Assembly: GCA_030390025.1 (NCBI GenBank)
Contig: CM059432.1
Span: 59,088,001 to 59,152,000 of the forward strand
Origin: Squalus acanthias
Taxonomy: Eukaryota
Direction: 5' to 3'
DNA: 64,000 nucleotides
Translations under genes and position numbers: made by a program
Shown: piece after piece, positions 37,761-48,874 of the stretch
Layout: every line of letters begins with the position of its first letter
How positions within the stretch are numbered: position 1 is the stretch's first letter
The notes under the pieces: generated by a model
Database searches by the model: none
Seen by the model: the letters and a program-made list of their open reading frames with translations, nothing else
Told to the model about the DNA's origin: nothing

Positions 37761-39389
37761 TGCAATAACTGGAGTATAGATCAAATTAAGTCAAGTCTTA
37801 CATACCAGTTGTTAGAAAAGTTTAAATTGCAGTGAAGTTCAGTCCAATTTGAAGAATATTAAATACTAAAGGCCACCGAGTTTTTGTGGGTCCCTATATT
37901 TTTGTAACTTTTCATGTTGATGAAATTGTTACACAAAGTAAGATTGTTAATACAAGTTTAGAATCAGAGTACTGTGCTTGTATCATCACTGAAGTGCTGG
38001 CAAACCAGTATGTCCAACAGATAAATACTGCCACCATCAGGATATTAGTGGTACTACTGCAAAATAAAAAAAGATTAAAAATTGCAAATGCTAGAAATCT
38101 GAAATAAAAACAAAAAACACAGCCGGTAAGGTAGCAACTTTAGAGAAAAGACAGGTTGTGATACTTTTGATGAAGGGTACACCCCATAATGTCATAACCT
38201 GTCTTTCACTTTTCAGTTGGTACTACTGCAGCTCTGGAAAACAAATCTGTGATATTCAATGGTTGTGAATTTATTTTAAAATACAAAAATGAAGATTAAG
38301 AAGCCTAGAACTCAGAAATAGTCAAATCTAACAGTAGAATCTTCCTATTTGCCTGCTGTAAACACTGAATCCTGTACTACACCAGAGGTGCAACCAGGTA
38401 TAAAGAGTTGTGCGGCGGAGCATCAGAATAACTCTGAGGGTTCGATTCGAACTCCCCCGGCCTGGCAGAAACGACAAGGAGCAGGAGTGCTCCTCCAGGC
38501 CCCGTAAGGATACTTGGGCCTCCCCTGCTCCAGACTTTCTCCTCTTCCCTCGGCCAGGATTCCCTGCCTGGAGCATTACCTTGTGCCGGGGACTGTACTC
38601 CTGGCTCCCCGGCGGTGGCCTCCTGCTGCCCGATTTTAAAGGGCAGGCTGCAGCTACTTTGCTGTTTAGGTCGGGAAAATGGCGAGCAGCACGCTAATGA
38701 GGCCCAGCCGCTAAAATCAGCCGAGTCGGCTTGCTGTCGCTCGCCTTGCCGCATTCCCGCCCTGGAGTTGGAGTCAGATTTTTTTTTTTTAAATGGGGGT
38801 TACACATCCCTCAACGGTTGCATCTATATCCTGCACGTCCCAACATGTGCTGCAATTGGTATTTGTACCCAGTGGATAGAGCTCATGGCACCTTCGGAGC
38901 AGCACAACAGCCATGGCAATCAAAAAGCTCAAAATTGTTCAAATATCCCTTGAAAGCTGCGTTTGATTTTTGTGATTTCTCCACCTCTAACATTGACGTT
39001 TATGCTCCTGACCAAATTTAACACCAAACTCTCTGTTGGGTGGAGATGTGTCTGGATGTTGTGGAGGGCACTGTGGAGTGGAGGGTGGAAGCAAAAACTG
39101 TTCAGTTTATGCTGGAACAGAGTTTTGTGCGAGATCTGGGAGGTGGTGGAAAACTCATTTTGAAACATATGAAACACAACAAGCTGTTGCCCTTTTGTGA
39201 AACCAGCCCAGTGTGGTGATGCCCTTCTTATTCCACACTGTGGAGCAATTTGCAGTAAGTGCCTCTGAGAGATAATTACTAAACCATAGTGGAAAGATGG
39301 ATGAAAGACCCAGGAGCACCTCCCGCTTGATGTGAAAACCTGGAACTTGCAATCTGTCAAGAACCTTCTTCCCTGGGAAAAGGTCATCC

Positions 39390-39930
39390 GTGGGTGGAGA
39401 GTTGGGCTATTTGCCCAACTTCTGCCCAGTGAATGCCCGTAAGGCCTGCTTTTACCAGCAAAAGAGTTTTAAAAAACATAAAAATAAAATGTTATCAATC
39501 ATTTATACATTAAAAATCCTGTACAATAAGGCAATTTTATTTTTGGCCCCGATAAAACATGTAAAAAAAAAATTCAAAAAATTTAATTTTTGTTTTAAAT
39601 ATTTAATTAAAGGCCATTTTTATTTATTTGATGCGTAGATGTATTTTTTGGGGTATCCCCATTCATGCTTATGGGGTTTCCGTAGATACGGAATCCCCAT
39701 AAGCATGAATGGAGACTCCCTTCTTTCATTCGTTGGGCCGGCCCATGTGATCCCAGGGACGCTTGTGAACCGCCTTCACCCCTGGGATACGTGGACCTCC
39801 GCCCGCAGGTACCTGGGCAGGCCCAGGACCGCGAGTCTCTGTACCTCCCGGACCACCAGGTACGCGGGCATTTTATTTGCGGATCGGAGGCATTTCCCCA
39901 CGGGAAGCCTCTGACTGCAAATTCAGGCCC
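39390..39930 (-). mobile_element. Harbinger-type MITE, hairpin family, copy D (one end missing)
   Basis: taaggcctgcttttaccag, AT core and catgtgatcccagggacgct are shared with copy C; terminus AAATTCAGGCCC. Confidence 0.75.
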
Positions 39931-39975
39931 AGAGCTCGTCAATACGGAGACATGTTCCTTTTATGTTGCCAAAAC

Positions 39976-42900
39976 TTTTCTTTTCCGTTCCTGGGCTGTG
40001 GGCATATTGCCCAACCCTAATTGGCCTTGAGAAGGTGCTGGTGAGCTGCCATCTTGAACCGCTGCAGTCCGTGTGGTGAAGGTACTCCCACAGTGCTGTT
40101 GGGGAGGGAGTTCCTGGATTTTGACCCAGCGACGATGAAGAACGGTGAAATATTTCCAAGTCAGGATGGAGGGGAACTTGCAGGTGATGGTGTTCCCATG
40201 TGCCTGCTGTCCTTGTCCTTCTAGGTGGTGGAGGTCGCGGATTTGGGAGGTGCTGTCGAAGAAGCCTTGGTGAGTTCCAGCAGTGCATCTTGTAGATGGT
40301 ACACACTGCAGCCACGGTACGCCTGTGGTGGATGGAGTGAATGTTTAAGGTGGTGGATGAGTTGCCAATCAAGCGGGCTGCTTTGTCCTGGATGGTGTGG
40401 AGTTTCTTGAGTGTTGTTGGAGCTGCACTCATCCAGGCAAGTGGAGAGTATTCCACTATACTCCTAACTTGTGCCTTGTAGATGGTGAAAAGGCTTTGAG
40501 GAGTCAAAAGATGAGACACTCACCACAGAATACCCAGCCTCTGACCTGCTCTTGTGGCCAAATTATTTATGTGGCTGGTCCAGTTAAGTTTCTGGTCAAT
40601 GGTGGCCCCAGGATGTTGATCGTGGGGGATTCGACGATGGTAATGCTGTAGAATGTCAAGGGGCAGTGGTTAGACTCTCGCTTGTTGGAGATAGTCATTG
40701 CCTGGCACTTGTGTGGTGTGAATGTTACCTGCCACTTATCAGCCCAAGCCTGAATGTTGTCCAGGTCTTGCTGCATGCGGGCATGGACTGCTTCATTATC
40801 TGAGGAGTTGTGAATGGCGCTGAACACTGTGCAATCATCAGCAAACATCCCCACTTCAGACCTTATGATGGAGGGAAGGACACTGATGAAGCAGCTGAAG
40901 ATGATTGGGCCGAGGACACTGCCCTGAGGAACTCCTGAAACGAAGTCCTGGGGCTAGGATGATTGACCTCCAACAAGCACAACCATCTTCCTTTGTGCTA
41001 GGTGGCTTGTTCCTCCAGCCAGTGGAGAGTCTTTCCCCTGATTTCCATTGACTTCAATTTTACTAGGGCTCCTTGATGCCACACTCGGTCAAACGTTGTC
41101 TTGATGTCAAGGGCAGTCACTCTGACCTCACCTCTGGAATTCAGCTCTTTTGTCCATGTTTGGACCAAGACTGTAATGAGGTCGGGAGCCGAGTGGTCCT
41201 GCCAGAACCCAAACTGAGCATCAGTGTGCAAGTTATTGGTGAGTAAGTGCCACTTGATAGCACTGTCGACGACACCTTCCATCACTTTGCTGATGACTGA
41301 GAGTAGACTGATGGGGCGGTAATTGGCCAGATTGGATTTGTCCTGCTTTTTGTGGAGAGGACATACCTGGGCATTTTCCACATTGCCAGTGTTGTAGCTG
41401 TACTGGAACAGTTTGGCTAGAGGCGTGGCTAGTTCTGGAGCACAAGTACTCAGCACGATAGCCGGGATGTTGTCAGGGCCCATAGCCTTTGCTGTATCCC
41501 GTGCGCTTAGCCGTTTCTTGATATCACGTGGAGTGAATCAAATTGGCTAAAGACTGGCTTCTGTGATGGTGGGGACCTCAGGAGGAGGCCAAGATGGATC
41601 ATCCACTCGGCACTTCTGGCTGAAGATGGTTGCAAAGGCTTCAGCCTTGTCTTTTGCACTCGGGTTCTGGGCTCCGCCATCGTTGAGAATGGAGACATTC
41701 ATGGAGCCTCCTCCTCCCGTTAGTTGTTTAATGGTCCACCACCATTCACGACTGGATGTGGCAGGACTGCAGAGCTTTGATCTGATCCATTGATTGTGGG
41801 ATTGCTTAGCTCTGTCTAGAGCATGCTGCTTCTGCTGTTTAACATGCATGTAGTCCTGTGTTGCAGCTTCCCCAGGTTGGCACCTCATTTTTAGGTACGC
41901 CTGGTGCTGCTCCTGGCATGCTCTTCTACACTCCTTATTGAACGAGGGTTGGTCTCCTGGCTTGATGGTAATGGTAGAGTGAGGGATATGCCGGGCCATG
42001 AGGTTGCAGATTGTGGTGGAATACAATTCTGCTGCTGCTGATGGCCCACAGCGCCTCATGGATGCCCAGTTTTGAACTGCTAGATCTGTTCTGAATCTAT
42101 CCTATTTAGCACGGTGGTAGTGCCACACAACATGATGGAGGGTGTCCTCAATGTGAAGACGGGACTTCGTCTCCACAAGGACTGTGCAATGGTCACTGCT
42201 ACCAATGCTGTCATGGACAGATGCATCTGCGACAGGTAGATTGGTGAGGACGAGGTCAAGTAAGTTTTTCCCTTGTGTTGGTTCTCTCACCACCTGCCGC
42301 AGTCCTAGTCTGGCAGCTATGTCCTTCAGGACTCGGCCAGCTCGGTCAGTAGTGGTGCTACCGAGCAACTCTTGGTGATGGACATTGAAGTCCCCCACCC
42401 AGAGTACATTCTGTGCCCTTGGTACCCTCACTGCTTCTTCCAAGTGGTGTTCAACATGGAGGAGTACTGATTCATCAGCTGAGGAAGGGCAGTAGGTAGT
42501 AATCAGCAGGAGGTTTCCTTGCCCATGCTTGACCTGAAGCCAAGAGACTTCATGGGATCCAGAGTCCATGTTGAGGACTCCCAGGGCCACTCCCTCTGTA
42601 TACCACTGTGCCGCCACCTCTGGTGGGTCTGTCCTGCCGGTGGGAGAGGACATACCCAGGGATGGTGATGGAGGAATCTGGGACATTAGCTGAAAGGTAT
42701 GATTCTGTGAGTATGACTATGTCAGGCTGTTGCTTGACTAGTCTGTGGGACAGCTCTCCCAATTTTGGCACAATTCCCAAATGTTGGTGAGGAGGACTTT
42801 GCAGGGTCGACTGGGCTGGGTGTGCTGTTGTCGTGTCCGAAGCCGAAGCCGATGCCGATGCCGGGTGGTCCATCCGGTTTTATTATTACTTTTCGTAGCA

Positions 42901-43133
42901 GTTTGTTACAACTGAGTGGCTTGCTAGGCCATTTCAGAGGGCAGTTAAGAGTCAACCACATTGCTGTGGGTCTGGAGCCACATATAGGCCAGACCGGGTA
43001 AGGACGGCAGATTTCCTTCCCTAAAGGACATTAGTGAACCAGATAGGTTTTTACGACAATCCGATAGTCACATCATTAGTCCAGGCCTCTGGATTACTGG
43101 TCCAGTAACGTAGCCACTATGTCACCCTTCCCC
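39976..43133 (-). mobile_element. Near full-length decayed LINE of the second lineage (EN plus RT) with a tRNA-like 5' head
   Basis: EN motifs (ILTESYL, GDFNVHH, SDH) and RT motifs (NYRPISLLS, MFADD); same 3' end as the 25900 copy; head GGTGACATAGTGG...ACTGGACCAGTAATCCAG. Confidence 0.88.
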
Positions 43134-43191
43134 AGATATGAGTCTTTATGGTCAAACACAGATGATGTAAGGGGGTCACAAGACTGGAACC

Positions 43192-44494
43192 TGTGTAAGC
43201 CAAGGTACTGCGGATGTGACATCTTTATGATTAGGTTTTGGATTTGGGGTGTAGGGCAGTGATTGGTTCAGGAGGACTCCATGGGGTAGAAATTAGGTCG
43301 CGCCCCATTTGGGGCGCAAATATCGTCCGGACGCAAATATTAGTGCCTGGCGCTAATTATCGGCACTGACGGGAAACTTCACTTTTACCGCCCCGGGAGG
43401 TGAGTGGAGCGCTAAAGCAGGCGCTGCACACCTCTCTTAAGGCGCAAAGGCCGAGCAGTGAGGCGCTAACTCGGAGCGCTGGCGAAGCTCATGTAATGTC
43501 AGTCAGCAATGGAACACACACACAATGGCACGGGCCAGTTCTTAAAGGGGATGGTTAATCTTGCTTTCCATCCACATCCTGTTCATTGCTGCCTTGAATC
43601 TCGGCCTGGAGAGACTTGCACATCAAATGTGCTGGAAAGAACAATGGAGAGCACCAGGCAAAGAGCTCAGAGTGCAGCTCCCACGGTCTCTGCTAAATCG
43701 ATACAAGGAATGGCAAATCAAAATGAACCTGCAAAGTGCTGCTCGGTACCCAAAACTCCTTCACACAACGTTGAATCTCTCCAGAAGTCTCTCCCTCTCT
43801 CTCTCAGAATGCGTAGTTCAAAAATGCCACCAACAATAAAAGACAGGAAGAGGCCCCCTTTAAATAGCGCCCCCCCCAGCCCCACAGCGATTGATAGCGT
43901 TCCAGTCTTCTGGTCGTTGGAAGCGCCAGGCGGTAAGGCAGGGGGCGCCACTCAATTTCCGCTACGGGGCGCCCCAAGGGCGTTGCACCATGGAATGACG
44001 TCACAATCTGCGCGCGCAGGTGGTCGCAGCGGTAAGTTTTAGCGCCGCCGCACAATCTCAAGTTAAGTTCTCGAGCGGCGCAAACATCGCTGCGCCCGGG
44101 CGTTAGCGGCTTTGCGCCCCATTAGCGCCCTCTTAAGGCGCTAACGGGTGGCGCAACCAAGTGAATTTTTACCCCCATAGGTTTTAAATGAGTGTAAGGA
44201 TATCAGAGCGGGGTCTTAACAGTCACAACGTTTAGAAGATTTCAGAAAGAATCAAGGAGACACCCGGGAGACAAAGAGACACGAGAGACAAGAGACACAG
44301 GGTGCAGCTTACTGACGGTTACGACTTCTACCCAGAGGCTAACGGAGTAACAGAAGTCTCAATTATTCTCTGTAAACTGCTGCTCGAATATTGTAATGTA
44401 TTTAGTCCTGCTTGTGCTTAATAAAGTTAAAGCACTGTCCACAATACGGGTCACCCTCGAATCATTTGGAACTGGATCCCTCTGGGATCTTACA
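43192..44494 (+). mobile_element. Probable solo LTR (~410 bp without the inserted MITE)
   Basis: TG...CA ends (TGTGTAAG / CTTACA), 4-bp TSD AACC (43188-43191 and 44495-44498), AATAAA at 44420. Confidence 0.65.
43283..44175 (+). mobile_element. Harbinger-derived MITE, GGCGC-rich family, copy 2
   Basis: TIRs GGGGTAGAAATT / AATTTTTACCCC; TSD CAT; homologous to 21787-22675. Confidence 0.9.
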
Positions 44495-44529
44495 AACCAG
44501 GACATGATGAAGGACAACAGATAAAAGCG

Positions 44530-45345
44530 TGAGAACTGGCAGCAGAGAGTCAGTGAGAGCGGAGAGAGTGAGCCTGAGGGGAAACTGTGCGAGAGGACAA
44601 CAGATAGTAGCTGGAGAACTGGTCAGAGTCAGAGCATGAGCTGAACGCAGAAAACTGAGAAAGAAAATGAAAAGTGACGTCACTGCCACAGAGGGAGCTG
44701 ATTGATGGGTAACAGGTAAGTGTTAATTTGTTTTAGTAAATTGTTCATTTTTCACTGTTGAAATTCACTTGATGGTAGTTTCTATTGTGTTTCAGATTTA
44801 TAGATATCATTTCCATTACCTTTAGTTAACTTTTTACTGCTTTAGTATCTCAGTCTTTCAGTGGTCAGTTTCTTAGAGTTTTATAGGCAGTGTCTTAGAC
44901 TTCAGTTTCTTAGATTTTTAGAGTTGGGTGTCAAGTGTTTTAGTGGTCAGGGTCTCAGTGATTTAGAGCTCAGTGGATTGACTACCATGACAGGCCAGCG
45001 GGGATCCGTTGCATGCGCATCCTGTTCTATGTCAGAACTCCAGGACACTTCATGCATCCTGGATAATCATGTGTGCAGGAAGTGCCACGTAGTTGCTCAG
45101 GCTCAAGCTCCGTGTTTTGGAGATTAAGGAGAGGCTGGAGTCACTGAAGGGCATTCGGGATTCTGAGAGTTTCCTCGAACGTGTGCTCCAGGAGAAGGTG
45201 CAGGCCATGAGCGAATGGGTGACCACCTGACAGGGTAGAAGGAAGACACAGGTAGTGCAGGCATCCCCCAAGCCAGTGACACTCGCCACTGCCAGCGTCC
45301 ACAGGGTCAGCGCTGGGAGGGGATGAGTTGGATGGGGAGGCTTCA
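44530..45345 (+). mobile_element. CR1 5' UTR and ORF1 N-terminal remnant
   Basis: MTGQRGSVACASCSMSELQ...HVCRKC resembles the CR1 ORF1 CxxC...CxxC zinc finger. Confidence 0.55.
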
Positions 45346-45660
45346 CTTTTTATGGGGTTTTTAACGGCGATATTAGGGTAGAAAAGGGGAAGTTTTCGTC
45401 AGTTCAACTGATTTCACTGATTGCTGGCTATGGGGAGTTCCACAGCGCAACCTGTGGCTAAGTCGGGAATGAATGACTGCAACTTCAGGATTTCCGCGTT
45501 TATCTGTGCACGCACTAAATCCGGAAGTTACTGTCAGTTTCAGAGGGGTAATGACGGCAAACGCCGACAGTTTTGCCATTATTGCCATGGCAAAATCCGG
45601 GCCATTGATTTCAAATTTCTTTTGTAACTGTAACAGTTTTCTATCGCTTAACCACCGGAC

Positions 45661-45756
45661 CTGGATCAAGCTTGCTGCGGGATTTCTTCTTTTTTCAAAA
45701 TGCTTTTGACGATGTTGCTCCTGAACTTTAAGAGCCAGCCCTGAGCCCAGAATGCC
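45661..45756 (-). CDS. KCNQ3: KCNQ3 coding exon, end of S6 to helix A (exon 7 equivalent)
   Basis: 96 nt, aag|...|gtccgg. Translates [38 protein letters not shown] rather than GSGFAL is KCNQ3-like. Confidence 0.93.
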
Positions 45757-46104
45757 CTTATTAAAGAAAAACAAATATTATCAAATTCTGCAAACAGAAA
45801 AGAAATCAAGCCTAAAATCAATCTTACACTTAAGATGTTTCAGTCACTCTGTATTTATATAAAAGCTTAAAATATATTAAATAGAATTCCTAATATTCAT
45901 GCAATGACACCACAACAATTATTATTAAATCCCTTGTGTGGTAGTAAATATTATTGAGGTAACAGACATTAATTCATAATTGTTAATTAACAGTCATGAA
46001 ATCAAATAACAGCTATAATAAGATACTCAAAGGCCTGGGGTAAATTTTCATCTTCACTGAATGGGTGGTAATTTGACGGAGCAGATCGTTATAGAACCTA
46101 CCCT

Positions 46105-47200
46105 GTTCCACCATTCAATTACATCATGGTTCCACTCCATTTACCCGCCTTTGCTCCATATCCCTTGATACCCTTACCTAACAAAAATCTATCAATCTCA
46201 GTCTTGAAAATGTCAATTGACCCAGCATCCACAGCCTTTTGGGGGAGAAAGTTCCAGATTTCCACTACCCTTTGTGTGAAAAATTGCTTCCTGATTTCAT
46301 TCCTGAATTGCCTAGCTCTAACTTTAAAATAATGCCCTGTTGTTCCGATTTCCCCCACCAGAAGAAACAGCTTCTCTGTATCTGCCCTGCTGAATCCTTT
46401 CATCATCTGAAACGCCTCAATTAGATCACCCCTCAACCTTCTAAACTCAAAGGAATACAACCCAAGTTTATACAACCTGTCTTCACGATTTAACCCTTTA
46501 AGTCCCGGTATCATTCTGGTGAATCGGTGCTGCACCCACTCCAAGGCCAAAACATCCTTCCTGAGGAGCAGTACCCAGAATTGAACGCAGTGCTCCAGAT
46601 GGGATCTGCCCAAGGCTCTAAAAAACTGAAGCATAACTTCCTCTCCTTTATATTCCAGCCCCCTTGAGACAAAGACTATGAAAATATTTATGTATAAAAT
46701 GTTATGTTACGCTTACAATAAGATGAAACGGCAAGGGTGAGAAAAGGCTATTCATCCCAACAAAGCTCACTACTTCTATACCCAACTCTCCCATTATCCC
46801 AATGTATTTTGAGGTCCCCAATGGCTTTGTCTGCTAATCTGCCTGGCAGATTATTCCAAGCATTTAATAGCTTTCAAGTAAAGTTCTTCCTGATATATAT
46901 CTGTGTTGAATTTATTTTTCACTAATTTAAATTTATGTCCTGATCCTCTTTTCCTGGATACTTTGAAGTAATAATCTGAAGTCACCTTATCTATACATTT
47001 AATAATTTATATACCTCACTGAAGTCCCCTTTTAAACCCTTTCTGGATGACAGAGACTGAGCTACTCTAATGTTCATGGCTCATCTCATTTACTTGGCAT
47101 CAGTCTTGTTCCTCTCTCTACCCTCTCTCATTCACGTATGTTTTCCAGCGATTGGTACCAAGAGTTGAGCACAGTACTCAAACTGTGGTCTGTGCACTAT
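46105..47200 (-). mobile_element. CR1 3' fragments (46105-46675 clear; 46680-47200 older)
   Basis: ORF 46119-46634, HLEHCVQFW...FFTQRVVEIWN. Confidence 0.8.
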
Positions 47201-47614
47201 AAAGCCTTTCAGGCACAAAACAGGCTCAAAGCATACCAATTTAACATTGGACAGCCGGTGCCCAATCTGCACAGGCATTGGTCCCGCTGCTAAATTCACT
47301 ATTTTGCGCTGTTTCTCCAAGGGTTCTGCCAAGCTAAAATATAAAATCCACCCATTAATGCAGTTAGTCTTTGGAGCTTTTTTTTTTAAACTACCTCAAC
47401 TGAAAAAAATAAACATGGTTAAAAACTGAGTGAACTTGGGGGCTTCACCTCCACAAGCCTTTCCTATTGTGTGGAAGTGATATTATAATGTCTGTTTAAA
47501 TTTGTGCTTGCGAGCTTGGAGAGAGGTCAGGGATATTGGGCCCATAACGCGTGCTTGGATATTTTTCATAGTTTAACATGAAAAGATAGCAAAACCAGGC
47601 ATTGTGGTACTTAC

Positions 47615-47725
47615 AGCTGGTAAAGCAAAAAATGACACTCCCACAAGAGCAAACATTGCAGCTAAAAGACGGCCTGCCCAAGTCTTTGGTGTCTTGTCGC
47701 CGTAGCCAATCGTAGTCAGTGTAAT
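47615..47725 (-). CDS. KCNQ3: KCNQ3 coding exon, selectivity filter and S6 (exon 6 equivalent)
   Basis: 111 nt, tag|...|gtaagt. Translates [37 protein letters not shown], containing the GYG filter. Not captured by the ORF track. Confidence 0.95.
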
Positions 47726-47919
47726 CTACACAAAGAAAATCAAAGTTACACAACCAGATATGGATTGTTCCTGCTGCTTGGTGTAGAAAAGCAATTGTGT
47801 TACCTATAGCAATCTCAGGATGAAAAGGAAAGCTGCATATACCGGAAATCTGAAATAATAACAGAAAATGCTGGCAATACGCAAGGTTCATCGCATTTAC
47901 AAAGAAAACAGATGACTTA

Positions 47920-48546
47920 GGGCTGGATTTTGATACTGGGGGGGGTTGGGGTCGTGTTATCCACTTTTCGTGTTATCCACCCGACTGCAATTGGATGTGG
48001 GAGATTGATGCGATTTTCACCTAATTGGGCAATTGAGTTCCAGCATGTGGGAACCCATGACCCAATTAGTGTTTTCAGTCTGAAAGTCGCCTCTGATGAT
48101 GTCATCATTGCTGCTGCATTGAAGGTCTGCAAAGACTGCCTGGCCTTTGCTGTGAGAGGACTTGGATGCAAAATGAGCAGCAGCAGCCCTAAGTCTGCCC
48201 CCAGATATTTTACAGAGAGAGAGCGAGAGAGAGCAGCCATCCAAATGTGCTCCCGCCAGGTTTCACAATCGTGGTTAAGAACAGGCGTGCTTCATGTAGA
48301 ACAAGGGTTAAAATCACAAAGGCCTTTCAAAATGGCATTATAGAGCCAATTTAGTGCTTGTTAAGGGCCTTAACAGCCTATCCCGTCTCTTAGAGGCGGG
48401 ACGGAGTCGGGACCAGCAGACACGATTTCATGAAAATTGCGTGGAGGCGGGATGGAGGCGGACTTGTGCCCGCCCGCCAGTTTTCGCAATTTTAACCCCC
48501 CACACGCCTCCAAACCCGCCTCCACGGGTCAATGAAAATCCAGCCC
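47920..48546. mobile_element. Harbinger-type MITE (distinct family)
   Basis: Perfect 12-bp TIR GGGCTGGATTTT / AAAATCCAGCCC with the canonical PIF/Harbinger TSD TTA. Confidence 0.9.
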
Positions 48547-48874
48547 TTAATGTTTTAGGGATGTAGATGTTTCATTAGAATCTCAGGTGGGAACCCTTGC
48601 AGCGAATTGTTTCTTTAACTGTCCGTTTACTGCTTTCAATCCTCTGAGAATTGCAGGAACATTTGTGAGCTGTTTCCAATGGGCATCTTTCAGGCATTTC
48701 ACAAGGGCAGTGGTTTGATTCCCTGGGTAGCCCAGGAACGTCACCAGCCATGCTGCCAAAATACTGCTGGGACACAGGGATATTGAGCAGAAGAATTGCT
48801 TCCTCCCATGTGTTGCGATTTCCTATGTCATTTAAAAGATTCAGCTCCATTTTTTAATTCCCATCACCTAAATT

